From positions 1-63,759 of the forward strand of contig JAGLYP010000028.1 in NCBI GenBank assembly GCA_023132155.1: 63,759 nt of DNA. Reading direction: 5' to 3'. The translations under genes were made by a program, and so were the position numbers. Position 1 is the stretch's first letter. The number at the start of each line of letters is the position of its first letter. This DNA comes from Candidatus Parcubacteria bacterium (lineage in GTDB: Bacteria > Patescibacteriota > Patescibacteriia > Patescibacteriales > UBA12075). A model generated the notes under the pieces. That model was not told the origin of the DNA, searched no databases, and was given only the letters and a program-made list of their open reading frames with translations. This document shows positions 62,121-63,759 of the stretch, piece after piece.

Positions 62121-63727
62121 ATTTGTTTTAAACCATATTGAATTAATTTTTCTGTTTCCGTGAAACTACCCGCGCGAGTCTCTGCGCCAAAAGTAACTAC
62201 TATTAAATTACTGTAAATATTTTTTAAAACCCTGGTCATTAGACAATAGCCCGCTTCATGCAAATAGCCGGTCTTAGAGCCGTTAATTGTATATTTGTCT
62301 GTTCTGATTATATGGTTGGTATTTCTAATTCGATGGAATTTTTCCGTGTTAACCGTATAAAATTCATATTTTTCCATAGTGCTTGCCTTGGCGATAATCG
62401 GATGTTTCAACACCTCTCTCGTTATTATAGCATAATCCAGCGCGGAACTCACATTTTCCGGAGCAAGACCGGTCGGTTCAATAAAATGTGTCGTGCCGGC
62501 TCCCCAACGCTTAACTTTGGAATTCATTTTTGCGATGAACGCGCCACGGCTTAAAGGACTGACACGCACTAGCGATTCAACGGTATTGTTGGCTGAGCCG
62601 ACAAGCGAAGTATAAATTAAATCATTAATAGTTAAAGTTTCACCATTTTCAATATTTAAACTGGCTGATTCCCATTCATTAACATGTTCATAGTTATATT
62701 CAGCGTCAGCAGATGAATAAGCCACAACTTTACTAAGCGTGGGCCTGGTATCTAAAAAAACTTTTACCGCGACCAACTTTGTTAAACTTGCCAAAGGCAA
62801 ACTGCTTGTGCTATTTTTTTCCAAAAATACTCTTCCGCTCCCCTCTTCCATAACAACGGCCGCCTTTGCGGATACTTTTGGCTCAATACCGATTCCCTCA
62901 GGCGCGATGCTTAAAATATTACTATTGCTTAATTTGGCAATATGCAAAGGCTCAACATAAACATCAATAATCCCCTCGCCCAAAGAAGCAATCCGCGCGA
63001 AAGCGTTTTTCTCCAAATCAATTACCCGATTTGGAAATTTTTGCCTTTCCGGACCATAATCATTAATTTCCACATCAACAAATTTTCCATTTTCCATATT
63101 ATATACGCGTAATTTAGAACCTTTTGGAAAATCCGGCGAAGCCGCGTAGTTTCCGCTTTTATACGCGTACCAACTAGCCCGACCGACAGTCAATGTATTT
63201 GGAAATGAAAAAATCGCCAAACGCGCGTAAGGCAGATGAATTAAAGACCGCACAAAATTTTCTTTAGGAAAATCCCTGGTTGGCAAAGGCCGCCAAGTGC
63301 CGAAATTTTTATCATAAAAAAATACTTGCTTATAACTATTATTATCTTCGTTGTAGGAAAACTGAATATAAAAAGGCTTGTGGTTGTCATACGCGGATTT
63401 ATTTTTAAATTCAAATTGATAAATATCGCTAATTAAATTTAGCTTCCACGGAGCGGGCAAATCTTCATGCAATTCACAAATCTCAACTCGCGTAGCTTCG
63501 TCCAAAATTCCCGGCACTAAAGACAATTTTAATTTATCCGCGAACGCGCTAACGGTATAGCCTTTCGCGATTGTATCTTTATCAAGATTGATACTGAAAT
63601 ACTTATTTAAATTTTCCGTCTTTTCCGCGCTTGAAGAGGCTTCCGCTTTAACGTTGTTCGCGGATAAAACGAAAAAAAGCAATAAAAAAAAGCCGATAAC
63701 ACTGATATTTATTTTATTTTTTGTCAT
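62117..63727 (-). CDS. secreted fusion protein: N-terminal domain, RlpA-like DPBB domain and S11 D-alanyl-D-alanine carboxypeptidase
   Basis: A signal peptide is present. The DPBB part reads GRASWYAYKSGNYAASPDFPKGSKLRVYNMENGKFVDVEINDYGP....VIDLEKNAF. The S11 motifs are SLTK (SxxK), SAN (SxN) and KTG. The gene overlaps the ftsE start by 4 nt. Confidence 0.8.
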   Translation of the reverse strand: MTKNKINISVIGFFLLLFFVLSANNVKAEASSSAEKTENLNKYFSINLDKDTIAKGYTVSAFADKLKLSLVPGILDEATRVEICELHEDLPAPWKLNLISDIYQFEFKNKSAYDNHKPFYIQFSYNEDNNSYKQVFFYDKNFGTWRPLPTRDFPKENFVRSLIHLPYARLAIFSFPNTLTVGRASWYAYKSGNYAASPDFPKGSKLRVYNMENGKFVDVEINDYGPERQKFPNRVIDLEKNAFARIASLGEGIIDVYVEPLHIAKLSNSNILSIAPEGIGIEPKVSAKAAVVMEEGSGRVFLEKNSTSSLPLASLTKLVAVKVFLDTRPTLSKVVAYSSADAEYNYEHVNEWESASLNIENGETLTINDLIYTSLVGSANNTVESLVRVSPLSRGAFIAKMNSKVKRWGAGTTHFIEPTGLAPENVSSALDYAIITREVLKHPIIAKASTMEKYEFYTVNTEKFHRIRNTNHIIRTDKYTINGSKTGYLHEAGYCLMTRVLKNIYSNLIVVTFGAETRAGSFTETEKLIQYGLKQI

Positions 63728-63759
63728 GTTTTTTCTGAAGCTTAGCTTCGGGTACCCGA

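Noticed and set aside
1-63759. A search by eye for tRNA, rRNA, tmRNA or SRP RNA genes in all intergenic spacers
   Set aside because: Apart from RNase P RNA, no cloverleaf-compatible GC-rich 70-90-nt segments or conserved rRNA/tmRNA blocks were seen. A tRNAscan/Infernal run is needed to be certain.

Overview
AT-rich bacterial chromosomal segment read with the standard code. Long ORFs close cleanly, so there is no sign of UGA recoding. Most start codons lack a Shine-Dalgarno sequence. The gene content suggests a reduced, Patescibacteria/CPR-like genome; this is an inference, since no marker search was possible.

Housekeeping genes recognised from motifs:
- lepA, recJ, rnhA, def, clpB, gltX, serS, pilT, ftsE/ftsX and an ftsQ-like gene
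- a XerC/D-type recombinase, an M23 peptidase, and an S11 carboxypeptidase fused to an RlpA-like domain
- a bacterial type-A RNase P RNA on the minus strand (59948-60438), which the ORF track mistakes for coding sequence

Envelope and glycan genes:
- Two loci (3.6-19.9 kb and 53.6-59.9 kb) hold GT2, GT4 and GT-C enzymes, a flippase, an O-antigen-ligase-like/TPR protein and a priming phosphotransferase.
- Several secreted modular proteins share a roughly 55-aa module.

Accessory or unusual content:
- an AbiEi/AbiEii module
- a TIGR04141/DUF6119-like orphan gene sitting behind a scar of gene fragments
- a class-II-type Fic protein embedded between GT-C genes
- a GIY-YIG nuclease gene that is the sole cargo between perfect 36-bp terminal inverted repeats
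- a family of cargo-less TGTCAT...CGA hairpin (MITE-like) elements at seven or more sites, which share that end signature
- a structured element of about 56-102 nt found three times, each just downstream of a sigma-70-like promoter and just upstream of an unrelated gene; one copy follows a perfect CIRCE operator in front of clpB
- a GT26-NUDIX fusion, a catalytically dead HtrA-like protein and a truncated MurF-like protein

No tRNA, rRNA or CRISPR array was seen by eye. All family assignments come from motif recognition, not from searches.
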